This document shows positions 48,973 to 61,252 of a stretch of DNA of 64,000 nucleotides, one piece after another. Source of the stretch: Rozella allomycis CSF55 (Eukaryota); NCBI GenBank assembly GCA_000442015.1, contig KE561209.1:124001-188000 (forward strand). Direction: 5' to 3'. Numbering within the stretch: position 1 is the stretch's first letter; each line of letters starts with the position of its first letter. The translations under genes and the position numbers were made by a program. Under the pieces are notes generated by a model. The model saw only the letters and a list, made by a program, of their open reading frames with translations. It was not told the DNA's origin and did not search any database.

Positions 48973-49086
48973 ATTTTTTGGTGGCTGTGTATAACTCTCA
49001 ATGATTAGTCCAGCTGGTATTTAATTTATTTAACAATCAATAAAAATTAACTACTACGTTTCTATTATTTATAACATGATGATGGG

Positions 49087-51356
49087 ATGAATTTTGATTC
49101 AAGATTTTTCATAAATGGACTTACAGGGACAAACTTTGACTCGCGAGTACTTTAATGCGATGCTGCGACAAAATTTTGATCTTTTAGAATCACTTCCGAA
49201 ACCGTAACATGATTTGCATTATATAAGAAACAGTGACGGTGATATTTGGGCACTTGTGAAAAAACTTTACAAGATACGTTTACAAGATGAGATGGAGATT
49301 AGTTTCGAAAATAACAAAAGAGTTACCAACGCTTTCTTGATTTCACAGATTGAGAAAACTAAACCAGTTTCATTGTACATGTGTATCCTTGACTGGCTTC
49401 ATGACAAAGCATCTGAGCCTGAACTCGTTGAAAAAAAGAATGTGCACGTTGGAAATCCCGATGACTGGCTGGCATCGACTGCTAATTTGAATGATAGGGT
49501 AAATATTTTGGCACACGCTATTCAGAAATATGTTTGTGACATTTTTAGGATAACTTTTGGGTTATTAAGAAAAGGAGAACATAAAAGAGCTATGGAAATT
49601 GCAGAAAGTTATGAAATGTATTGGTTAAGCAGTATGATCAATGGTTATACTCCATGGAACTATGAATCTATTGCCTCTGTAGAGTAATTATAGTTTAGAT
49701 TAAATATTAAGCGGTGATATAAAATTCTCTGGGAATAAAAATCGCTTTCTATTCAAGGAAAGCTGCTTGAAAGCATCACAATCTGTAATTCAATTTGTAA
49801 TACATAAAGCAGGCTGGAATTGATGCATTCGCAAAAGCCATTTTTGGATTCTTGAGTGGCCAAGTTGATCTTATTCTTCCAGTGTGCAAATCATGGGAAG
49901 ATCATATTTGGGCGTACATTCATTGTCTAAAAGAACATGAAATTGACAAAGTAAGCAATATTTATATTTTTAACAAGATTCTTTTGTCAGTTTCACAGAT
50001 TACAGACTCTGAAGATGTTATGGAAAGATACATTCAAGGATATAATGGGACAATAGAAGACATCATTAGAGTCAACCAGTAAAGTTTATTTTTTCTTTTG
50101 AATAGAAATTATATTTCTCATGAATCTCAAAAATGGATTTCATTGATAATTTCAAATAATTTAGAATCTCTAGTGAAAGTTGACCCCTCAAAGGAAAACA
50201 GCACGCGTTTCCTTTGTCATCTTGCACTCTACTTAAGTAGTATTAACTATAAAATTCCAGATCATGCTTGCGATGATTTACTTTTAAGATATATTAACTA
50301 TTTGACTAGCAAAGACATGACTGTAATAACCTTTAACATACTTTACCAGGGTCGACAAGTTGCTTTCTATACTAAATTTTTAAGCCCGGGATTACAAGTG
50401 CAAGCATACTCAAATTTCATACTAAATTTTGATTGGAATAACTCTAAAATAGACAGGAAAGCTCTATTGGCAGAAGCAAAGTCTATTGGATTAAATTACC
50501 AGGGTATTGCTAAACTAGCAGTAGATAAAGGAATAGAAAACGCTGAAATCAAGGTATTTTTTTATATTAATTTATATATAGTTTAATGAGACGATGTCAG
50601 TTCCAGAACGTCCGGTGATTGAACTGATTGCAGGTACAGAGGAAGATGAACAATTAGTGTTGTCATTGGAATATTTATTGGCTGAAGATAGAATGATATC
50701 AGACTCTTTAATAAGATTTAACAAGATAATGCGTTTGTTTTTAGCATTTGGCAAACTTTCTTCATGCTGCCTCTTGATGAAGATTCTTCCAGCCATAGAT
50801 AGAAACTTTACGGCCCTAATAGCACCTGAAGAAATATCTGAAGATGAATGGGAAGTTTCAAAAAAAGAATTTTCTGATTATAAATTATTTTTGGAGGGCT
50901 ATTCGGCATTCATGGACTGGCAAACATGCTTTGCTCAAAAACCAGAAATTGCAGGTAATGCGCGCTTATATCAGGACTGGATGAACAAAATAAAAGACGA
51001 AGCAAACAAGGCTAATGAAGCATTAACGCAATGGATTTTGTCTGATTGGCTATTTAAGCCGTCATATTTCTATTCAAAGAAAAGTATTGTAAATTTCCCT
51101 TTATAATTTAGATACCAAAATTGGTTCACAGCTGGAAAATATTAGAGAAAAATATGTACCTGATCTTGTCTTAAAGTTTCAGGACCTCTTATATCAAACC
51201 GGATTAATTTATTCCAATTTCCTCAAAAAGTCATTAGAAATCGTGAGTATTTTAGCAGATAAGGGTTACCAATACGATTCCCTATTATCAGCCACACCAC
51301 AAATGCCAATTCTTTTGAAAAACATTCGTTCGTCATTCCTTCAAACTTTAAAATGA
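49087..51356 (+). CDS. NUP84: Nucleoporin Nup107/Nup84-like, ~10 introns
   Basis: ILDWLH, LLRKG, ILPVCKSWEDHIWAY, RFLCHLALYL, IREKYVPDL. Confidence 0.8.
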
Positions 51357-51392
51357 AATAAAAAAAGTCAATTAATTTAATTTATTTTATTA

Positions 51393-52025
51393 TTATATAA
51401 CTAAGAGAGTAACAATTATCGACAAAGCAATTGAAACTATTGGATAAGGACGATTAGAGTTCCCACTGTTGCCGTTATCATTTTTACCCGGAGTTGGGCT
51501 ATGATTACCCACAGGAACTTGTGGGTCGTTGAATCCCATTTCATCTGCAATCTTATTTTGATTATTGAAATCTCCGCTCTCTACAGCCTTTTTGAAATAT
51601 GTGTCAAGCATAATATCCAACTTGTTTGCCTCATCACCCAAGGAGGAGAAATCAAACTTTTTGACTTTTTCAAGTATCTTCTTTAATTTAGACTTTAATT
51701 CCAAGATTTCGTTTTGCATAAGAACAATATAGCCACGAGTTTTGTCAAGTCGAGCTTGTACTGCAAAAGAATCAGCGTCTAAATATCCTTGGCACGCCTT
51801 TTTGCATTCTTCAAATAGGTTTTCCCCGTTTAATGACTGCAGTTTTTCATAGTTGTTATTGCAAAAAGAGACAACATTGGAAATTGCAGTCATTGGAAGC
51901 GTTAATGGGCTAGTCATTTCAAATTTGTACCTAGAAGTCCCTTGTGTAGGCGTAATATTTATTAGATTAGCGCCTTGACAGTGGAGTACTTTGAGAAATG
52001 ATAATAGGGCGATCACAATCCTCAT
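51393..52025 (-). CDS. Secreted, probably GPI-anchored orphan protein
   Basis: N-terminal signal peptide, G/N/S-rich linker, C-terminal hydrophobic tail. Confidence 0.65.
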   Translation of the reverse strand: MRIVIALLSFLKVLHCQGANLINITPTQGTSRYKFEMTSPLTLPMTAISNVVSFCNNNYEKLQSLNGENLFEECKKACQGYLDADSFAVQARLDKTRGYIVLMQNEILELKSKLKKILEKVKKFDFSSLGDEANKLDIMLDTYFKKAVESGDFNNQNKIADEMGFNDPQVPVGNHSPTPGKNDNGNSGNSNRPYPIVSIALSIIVTLLVI

Positions 52026-52189
52026 TATTAGTGGCTTGGCAATTAATCTGATAAATTAGTCCGAAATTAGGGCAGAATATATCAATAGCTGTACTATTAG
52101 TTAGTCTGAAGACATGTGATAAAATGTTGTTCGACCAAAAAGTGAAAAACTACAATAAGGCAAACCTCACTAAGAATGTTTTATAAGAA

Positions 52190-53025
52190 CTATGGAATGT
52201 GAGCCATATGATTAGGTTCATCATAAATTTTGTGCAAAGCATACCATACCACCACAATGAATAAAGCCGAAGAAAATACCTAATTTGAACGTCAATAAAA
52301 GTTGTACCCTTTTGTTATAAAGAATAGAATCAACATCATATCCATATTTTTTAGTCACTTGAAGAGGATCTAACAATCCATTAGAGCTCTTATCAATATT
52401 TAAAGAACCATCTTCATTGTATACCAGCGTCATTAAATCAGGTTTCGTGTAGAATCTATGCTTTGGCTCATTATTTTTCATATCTGTCAACCTCAACAAG
52501 TTCACCAAATTCCCTTCATAAAAGTTTCGTTTATTGAATCCAGAAATGGCATTCACTACATTGCTGACATTAGGGACAACTTGATTGTCCATTTTAAGGA
52601 CCTTGGTGAACCTTGATTGTACATCCTACCATATCCTTTAGCGCGGCTAAAACTGAGGTTGTGTCTTCAGGATGTATTTCAGGATACATCTTAAATTGCA
52701 TCAAAATAAACTGGGTAGATGGTCCAGAACCATGGTTGCTTGCCAGCTTGCGAACCAATTCCTTGATTTCATCAACTTCCTTGATCTTATCTGCTTCAGG
52801 ACTCATGGAAGATATGTTTGCAATTATTGGCTGAGGATCCAAATATTTTGGCCGCCCTTGATCCATGAATTTAATGAAATAATATTTTCTAGCTGGTTTA
52901 CTTTTGCTAACAGCTGGCTTAATATCAAATAGATCATATTGGGAATCCGTAGCGGCGTTGAAATAGCGTTTTGGGACGCAATTGATGGATTGTCGGCGTA
53001 TTGGGTTGAGGATGCGTCGAAACAT
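52190..53025 (-). CDS. Hypothetical mitochondrial membrane protein, 2 introns
   Basis: Arg-rich presequence MFRRILNPIRRQS; C-terminal TM after second intron. Confidence 0.6.
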
Positions 53026-53225
53026 TGACAAGGGTTTTCACTGTGTTATGAGAAAAATTATAAAATAGTTAAATAAAATTATCTAAGTCCTTTAGGCTTT
53101 ATTCTAAAGGGGAATCATTCACTCCAACTTGTGTCATCATCTTGAAGCCTGAAGGCATCTAAATAGAAAATATGATGCATGACAAGAAAAATTATTGGCA
53201 ACTTTAAGGATACTAATGCAATGTC

Positions 53226-53647
53226 ATGTGCTCTATGTTGATGTCTCGAATCGCATCCCTAAACTTCGGAAATTTCGTAATGAGATTGAATTTATTCAAC
53301 TTTGAATCTCCGCGTTCTTCTAATGGAGATAATTCATTTGATAGAACATTTCAAAGAGCCCAACTTGAGACTACGTCTCTTTCTTCGTCCTCTCTACTTT
53401 TAGCAGCAACAGAGAAGCTTACCATTGAAAGTATGACTTACGTATATCTTAAATAGATGTTTTAGATTCAGACAACAGAATATCTGAAGAAAATAATCAG
53501 TCAGAACTGCCGATGTCAATAAAAGGTACCAAAATTCATTATGCTTCTTGAGAAAAGAGGGAAAGATGTATGGAAGTTTTAAGAAAGGCTATAAAGGATC
53601 TGGATGAAGATGCTTGGCAATTTGATTCAACTAATCCTACTTTTTAA
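53226..53647 (+). CDS. Small spliced protein with APC16-like C-terminus (start uncertain)
   Basis: Two GT-AG introns give ...EKRERCMEVLRKAIKDLDEDAWQFDSTNPTF*. Confidence 0.45.
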
Positions 53648-53730
53648 TATCTTTCCGCCGATAGACATGTGTATAGTACCATAAGAATAAAGAGACTTCA
53701 TATTTTGTGCGATTAAATACACCAATTTCT

Positions 53731-54511
53731 ATGGCAACCACTTTTGTTACTCATACAAAGCCGCGATATAGAAGGCGAGTAATGATTAAATCTAAGCATT
53801 AATCAAAGAAAGAAAAAGATGAGACTGAGGTGAAAATATTTGACTTCATATTGGACTTTTCATTTAATGACTTAGTTGACTTTCCGAGTAAAATGACAAT
53901 ATTAAAGCGATAGACTTGAAAACAGATGAACCAAGGTGCATTAAAGTAGCACCAACATCGGTATTACTTTCAGAGTATTTTGAAATAGAAGGATGGAATT
54001 CCTGATGAAGTGCTGGGTTTCAATCAAGCCAATCAATTAAGTGCTAGAATCGATGTTTTGAAACTTTCTAATAACAAACTAACTTCATTATCAGGGATTG
54101 AAGAACTTTCGAATCGTTTGCCGGCAACATGGTGTATTGATACTTTACAATGGCTTGATTTATCTTTTAATGCTATAACAACTTTATCTACCGTAATAAT
54201 TTCCCCTTGCAGAAACTAAGAGCATATCCACATTGCCGAATTTGTCCATTTTGTATCTTCACGGCAACAGAATAGAAAAGATTCAGGAAATCGACAAATT
54301 GCAAGGTCTTGAGAGATTAAAAACATTTACATTTCATGGAAATCCATGCGAATCCAATTGCAAAATTTACAGAGACTATATTGTTTTTCGCTTACCGCAT
54401 CTAAAGTCTTTAGATTTCAGTCCTCTATCTAATCAAGAATTACGAGAATGTGAAAATATAGTTAGAAACAGCAAAATCAAATTGAAATCTAGCAGATCAT
54501 CTGCTATGTAA
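53731..54511 (+). CDS. LRRC51: Leucine-rich repeat protein LRRC51-like, 4 introns
   Basis: LDFSFNDL, LQWLDLSFNAI, LSILYLHGNRI, TFHGNP, YRDYIV..LKSLDFS. Confidence 0.8.
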
Positions 54512-54547
54512 CATTGGGCAAAATAAATGAGGTATTATGAAATATGT

Positions 54548-54920
54548 TTATTCGTTAATTTTGGCCAATAATTCAGAATCGCGATAAATAAAGCATTCAT
54601 CTTCGGTCTCTTTTCCTTCCTTGATGAGAGTTCCAGAAAAGTTTGGCAAAATGACCTTGTCGCCAACCTTGACGTTCATTGGAATGCGATTTCCTTCCTA
54701 AATATTAGCATGTGTATTTTATTACTCTGTCAACAGCACCTGGTCCGACAGCTAGAACAACACCTCTATTTAATGAAGATTGTGCCTTTTCTGGAATGTA
54801 AATACCTGAAGCAGTCTTTTCGACTGGTTTGACTCTTTGTACAAGAACACGATCTAAAAGTGGTAAAATTTTCTTTGCAGCAGATGCCTAGATATCATTA
54901 AAAGTAATTGATGGTACCAT
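54548..54920 (-). CDS. HSP10: Mitochondrial co-chaperonin Hsp10; first coding exon is ATG only
   Basis: KKILPLLDRVLVQR, TASGIYIPE, LAVGPG, YRDSELLAKI. Confidence 0.95.
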
Positions 54921-55089
54921 CTTGTTACAATGGAATTTCGTAAATTCGATTGCCTTTTATAGACTTTCCATGGAATTCTATTGAAAACATCAAAAAAGGA
55001 ATATATTATTTTGGAAAGGAACCATGAGGAAATAATTGATAGAATTACAACATACAGAGTAAAATTGACATTTGATTTGAATTTTATTG

Positions 55090-56757
55090 TTACTTTGAGG
55101 AAGCTAATTCAAACATATAAGCGGAAAGTAATTTGATTCCATTGATGTAATTTTTCTTGTCTATTTTTTCGTTGATGCTGTGTGCCCCATCATCACTCGC
55201 TCCCATTGGAAGCAACAAGACCTAGAATTTGTTTCAATAGCAGTGCTTTACATTTTTATCTAATTGCTCCTGGAAAGTTAAAGTAACAGGAATAGAGCCT
55301 CCTTCACGTGTTAAATCTGGCTTGACGCCCCATACTCTTTCAGTTGCTTTAGATCCCGCGACTAAATTCAATATACAAAACCAGGATTACCGAAATTCCA
55401 ATGATTTGGATCAGTTAACCAATATTTGCCGGCATGTAAGCATTCACACTTTATTTTATTTTTTGAGTGTAACTTTTTAGCTTCTTGGTTAACATAATCA
55501 ATAACAAGTTGCTCGAGATTTTCAAGATCCATGTTTGGCACTGTTCTTATGGAGAACTTACCCTTAACGCATGCGGGAATAACTGTTTTGGCTCCAGAGC
55601 CATAAAACGCACCTTCTATGCCATGAATGCTTAAAGATGGATAGCGCCAACGATGTAGTAAGGTATTCTTTTCATCGTCATACAAAGAATTCTTTGTACC
55701 CACAGACTTGTAATGATCTTCCATCGAGTAATCAACGCTGTCGTATAAATTTTCTTCTTCTTCTTAAACTTGTAATTATTGATGCTTTATTACTTGATAA
55801 TTTAGCAACTTGATCCAGAACCCCGGGAATCAAGATCTTCCCCTGGCTTGAAACTAATTTTGAAAATAGATGAGATAAATCTATAAAAATTAAGTAAATA
55901 AAGTTTACCAATCATTGGCTCGTGAACTGTGCCTCCAAAGACCCCAGAATGAAGATCTTTTTGTGGTCCGGAAATTGTAATTTGAAAGTACGAAATTCCT
56001 CTCAATCCATACGTTAAACAAGGTTTCTTTCCTAGCCAATCTATTTTCAATTTTATAAAAATGTTACAGTTATCGCTAATGCAAACACAATCAACATCCT
56101 TGAAATATTCATTAGCTTCTTTCTTGATTAGATCGTCTAATCCTTCACTTCCATATTCTATCTTAATTCAATCCATTTTATACCTTCCATTCCTTCAAAA
56201 CAAAATTTAATATTGACAGGAAGCTCAAATCCTAGCTTTTGATAAGCTTCTACAGCCCAGAGCCATCCTATTACAGGACCTAATCTAACAATTAATTAAA
56301 TAACACCTTTATCGTCAGTCGCTCCTCTCCCGACCAATCTACCATCTTCCATTTCAGTTAAATCAAAAGGTTCCGTATCCCATCCATCACTTTTTTCGGC
56401 CGGTTGAACATCATAATGACCATAAACTAAAACAGTCTTTTTATTCTTGTTATTTCCAAGAGTTCCCAAAAGAATTGGCGGTAAAGGTACTTCTTGACCT
56501 TCCATTTCATGAGTGCCTTGCTCAACTCTTTTCACTCTTTTATAAATAACAATTCGTCCATACTTTATAGATAGTTTCTTCATCCATTTTTCTAGTAAAT
56601 CAGCTGTTTGAAATACATATTTTCGGTGTTCGATAGATGCACTAATACCAGGAATTCCAACAATCTCAGCAAGTCTTTCAATGTACAACTTTTCATTATT
56701 TTCAATGTGGGAAAATATTTTATCGAGCTGTGCGTCTGAGGTTTTGTTCTTTGACAT
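55090..56757 (-). CDS. DUG1: M20A Cys-Gly dipeptidase Dug1/CNDP2, 8 introns
   Basis: [55 protein letters not shown]. Confidence 0.95.
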
Positions 56758-56883
56758 TATTTGAACAATTACAGGGGTGCATCGAATTGATTGGCAATTC
56801 TAGGACTGACATTTTCAAGTTAGATGATATCACAATTAGAATCCACGTTTATTAACATATTTTCGTCGCTAAATTATAGCTCC

Positions 56884-57836
56884 TTAATTCTCATATCGAT
56901 CATAAAAGACATCCGTCAATTCTTCTAAGACATCGCTGGCAAGCATTCCTCTCTTTTTTCTTTCATATGCTCTTTTGCACGCTTCTCTGACTAACGAACT
57001 AGAATTGTTCATTATTTGGATTTCACTTTCTTCATCCATCGCCGTACCACTCCATGCAACAAAACAAGACAGAACACCAGTTAATATATCACCTATCATC
57101 AAAGTAATTTAAATTAATCACCTAATCCACCACATCTGCGCAATACACCAGGTATTGTTTGCCTTCCATGGCTTCTGACACAGAAATATTCGTCAAACTC
57201 CTGTTTAATAAGAAATCTGCAACTGGGGTATCTTAAGGCAAGTTCTTTTTCATTAATGACATTCTAATCAAATTCACATATTGTCTATACGACTGCCTTT
57301 ATCAAACGGCTCAATTCATTATGATTAGGGGTAATGAAACTCCTATAATGAGGGATATCAGGAATCAAAGCGATAGCATCGGCATCCATTATGAGCGGGA
57401 TATTCAATCTAGTTGTTTCAATCGCTACAGCCCGGGCAGATTCAAGCAAAAATTTATTCCTTGATAGACCCGGTCCTAGGATTATACAATGAAACTTTGT
57501 AAGCCATTTTGTTGTAGGCTCAATTCCTTCTAATTTAGTGGAGCTAAAATATGGATGCACTATAATATCTGGCGAATAGCTCTTAATTGGTATGGCAGCC
57601 TCCTTGTCGCAAAATATGTGAACCATTTCTGCACCCTACTCTTATTTCATATGATGTTACATACAGTTCTTAATGCGGCCATCGCTGCAAAATATGGAGC
57701 ACCCGTGTATCTTTCATAAGCGTTGAATATTCAAATACTCTGAACTACCGCCAATGATACCGATAACGCATTGTTGGCCTTTCCTAAGCGAAAAATCTAA
57801 CTTTGGGATGCTCATGAAATTCTGTGAATGCGCCAT
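56884..57836 (-). CDS. NAXD: ATP-dependent NAD(P)HX dehydratase, 4 introns
   Basis: IIGGSSEYTGAPYF, IKSYSPDIIVHP, GPGLSR, DADA, TPNHNE, RRCGGLGDILTG. Confidence 0.93.
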
Positions 57837-58030
57837 TGGCTTGATCTTATCTTTTGACACTTTAAGGCTACTTTTACAATTATACAAAATACTATAAGCT
57901 TAACATTAGTCAAGTATATCTCTTTGCTCGAAGCGTTGTTGATCATCAGGGAAGGCCTATATATGTTAAACTTAGATTTAAAAGGTATGTATTATCAATT
58001 TAAAAAGAAGATAGAGTTTATTGAATATAA

Positions 58031-59845
58031 TTAGTCGTTGTTTGAACCCTCTTGGACACCTTCATTCAACGGTAATGCATCTGCTTCAGCAACCTCACCT
58101 TTCTTTATTTCTAGATTGAGATTGTGTATCGAATTAGTTAATTCAGCTGAGGCTTTAAGTAAATCATTTTGAGACTTTTTTAGCGTTATTGAATCCTTGA
58201 TTTCTTTAAGAATTGTATTTCCATCCAAATCAATTAGCTTATCTTTAACCTTATCAGAATCTTGGTTATCTAGATCCATTGATTTCGACTTGCCATAATT
58301 TATTGCGCTGGTCATTGCATTATTGCTCTTCGAGTGACTTAGTTTGCTAGAGCTAAATGGGCGCGGCTGCCATTGTTTTCTCTCCGAAGATTTCATATCT
58401 GACTTCTTAGCGGATTTCTTTGTTGGTAACTGAGAAGATGCTGACTTTATGCTCGAAAGGCTAGCGCCTCTTGCGATAATTGTTTGGCTTTCAGATGGAT
58501 TAATTACTTTATGGCATATATAAATAAAAATTACCTTTCATCGTATTTTTTGTTTGTCTGCTTCTTTCTTGCTCGCCTAGAGCGAACTTAACTATAACCG
58601 GTTTCACTTTTCCGCTTGGAATTAAAGAATTGATAGGAACAAAATTCCTGCTTTCCCTATAATTTGCTTTTATAGACATTGAAGAAATCTTTGTGAATGA
58701 AATTAGTCTTTTTGAATTGTATTCGATGTCTATATATGGCTCAGTTTCATTTCCCAAGACATATTCTGTTCCATTTACTAGTTCGTCTATCAGTTTGATT
58801 CTTTTGCCACTCGGTAGCTCATATAAACGCTTTCCTGCAGACGTTCTGCTCCAAGTTATATGATTATTTAGAAATTGAAAGAGCTAATAAAGTTAGGTAT
58901 CTTATACTACCTTGTCCATCGTAGGATACCTTAACATTGTAACAGAAACATGAAAGCCCATGTGATAAGGATCACCGTTGGGGTACACTTTAATAATGAC
59001 TGGTTTCTCTAATTTGTATAAATCATGATGTTTACTTCTTGATACGGATTGAAAAAGAGTTGATGACCTTTATCAATACTGTCTTTAGTCCATAATTGAT
59101 ATTCCTTTGGTTGAACAGGTTCGGATCCGGTTGCGATTAAGTTAATTCCGTCAAATAAATCTTGGAATTTTAGAACCGGTTGATATGTAGCAGCGTTAAA
59201 AACATTTCTTATGCTAATCCCTACGTGTGGCAGCGCTCGTGATACTTCATACATGAACTTTAGTAATGACTTTATACTTCATTACTTGCTCCCAATTTTT
59301 ACAGTTTCGAAAGTTTAACGTGATCAATGCCCCTTTATGATTTACGTCTCCATTAAAAAACACTATCGCCCTTATTCCTTTCATCTTATTACAGCAACAT
59401 AAGGACCATACTGTTGGCGTAAAATTGGATAATTCACCTTGTTGTTGAAAATCAATGTCTCTTGACTGTGTCCGTGTTATTTTTTGACTTTTAACTCCTT
59501 TTCTTTGATTTTTATTATTTTCAAGCGGGATAGGTTTATAAACTATATCTCGATTGAGTGTTTCATGACCGCAGCATACAATGTACAAAGTGTCTGAAGT
59601 CAGTTCATCTAAATGTTTCACCATCCGTCCGTCTACAGAATATATCTTTCTTGGAGCAGATGTCAAATTCAATCTTTTGGCGAGAGTTTCATAAAACTAG
59701 AATAGCTTGTCATGTAAATACATACTGTTTCCATATTCCGACATTGCAACAAATTCACGCACATCTTTAATGGGGGATTGAAACTATCACCATTATGAAT
59801 TGCATATATATTGAAGCAATGATTCTCAATTTGAGCGTATGGCAT
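58031..59845 (-). CDS. Doublecortin-domain protein with three DCX repeats, ~6 introns
   Basis: Three NGD-initiated repeats (HNGDSF, FNGDVN, PNGDPY), RKIYSVDG, KRLYELPSG. Confidence 0.75.
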
Positions 59846-59994
59846 TACTGGAGACTTTAATCACCGTTCTATTTTTATCGATCGTTTCAAAGAATCTTTA
59901 GCTATTAAATACTAATGACTGTTAAATATTGGCTATATTGCATAGATCTATGCTTGATTGATTTCTAAATTCAACGCCACACAGGCCACTTGAT

Positions 59995-61212
59995 ATGATC
60001 TTTGTGCACAGGCAACTCGCAATTTTATTTATATTGATGGTTTTAGATGTCATATCATTTTCTCTATTTTTTCCAATTAGCGACAGCTTATTAGAAAAAC
60101 TGCAGCTTCCGGAAACTAACACGTTTCATATTTTGGCACTTCCGCTATCAAAAGCGTTTGAAAGTGAAGTGTTTTGGAACGGGTTTTTGTCTACAATGTA
60201 TGGGCTAATACAGTGTATTATGGCACCAATTCATGGAAGATGGTCAGATAGGTTTGGAAGAAAGCCAGTTCTGGTGGTGTCTCTATATTTGTTAATGTTC
60301 GCCAATACTCTAATGGCGTTTCAAAGGACATTTTCAATGTTATTTATTACAAAAGTAATTACCGGAGTAACCAAAACTCTCAGTTCACTCAGCTATACAA
60401 TTTCTTCTGACATGTCAGAGGCAAAGATTTCTGACAAGGGAAATGCTATTATTGGCATAGCTTATAGCATCGGATTCACAATCGGGCCTCTAGTTGGAAT
60501 TCTTTTAGTTCGCAAAAACAATGTGGTTTATGATTCATTTATGGTTGCAGCATTGCTAAATTTTATTTCTCTTCTCGTTTGCATGTTTTTTGAAGAAAAA
60601 AGGAATGAAACGACCAACAATCAAAATGAAGACAATGATGGACATCCGACACAGAGCAGGAATCAAAGAGACTATTTTCTAGTTGCATTACTCTTCCAAT
60701 TCTTTTATTCCGGCTTTGAATCGACTCTTACGTTTTCAGCAAAGGAGAGGTTAAATTTTAATTCTCGAGAACAAGGGATGCTATTAATTTGGATAGGAGT
60801 GGCATCAATAATTATACATGGTGTCTTTATGAGAAGAAAGAAACAATTTGACGATAATACTGTGGTAAATATTGGAATAATTGGCGCATTATGCAGTGCG
60901 ATTTTATTTCCTTTTGCCAAAACGACTAACCAGGCATATGTAACTGTTCTTGGTTCGTCTATTGCAACATCATTCGTCAATGGAGGGCTATCGAGGCTTG
61001 TTGTCATCAAGGCAGATTCTAAATTTAAAGGTGAACAAATAGGAAAAATGAGAAAGTACAGTCAATTAGGTCGCGCACTCGGCCCCTTTTGTGCGTCATT
61101 CATATGTTCCAGTTTTGGTTATCATTCGTACGGATTTTTCAGTTCAACGGGTTTAGTTGTTACTGCCCTTTTTCTGAACCATGTATTTATCAATAGAAGG
61201 AAATTTGATTAA
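59995..61212 (+). CDS. MFS transporter (MFSD10/TetA-like), intronless
   Basis: GRWSDRFGRKPVL motif A; GFTIGPLVG motif C. Confidence 0.9.
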   Translation: MIFVHRQLAILFILMVLDVISFSLFFPISDSLLEKLQLPETNTFHILALPLSKAFESEVFWNGFLSTMYGLIQCIMAPIHGRWSDRFGRKPVLVVSLYLLMFANTLMAFQRTFSMLFITKVITGVTKTLSSLSYTISSDMSEAKISDKGNAIIGIAYSIGFTIGPLVGILLVRKNNVVYDSFMVAALLNFISLLVCMFFEEKRNETTNNQNEDNDGHPTQSRNQRDYFLVALLFQFFYSGFESTLTFSAKERLNFNSREQGMLLIWIGVASIIIHGVFMRRKKQFDDNTVVNIGIIGALCSAILFPFAKTTNQAYVTVLGSSIATSFVNGGLSRLVVIKADSKFKGEQIGKMRKYSQLGRALGPFCASFICSSFGYHSYGFFSSTGLVVTALFLNHVFINRRKFD

Positions 61213-61252
61213 TAAACGTTATAGAATTTAATAATTAAATATGAATGAGCAT

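Noticed and set aside
53277-53304. Possible fifth GT-TG intron (gtaatg...ctttg, 28 nt)
   Set aside because: An alternative ATG reads through without splicing and no conserved motif constrains the choice
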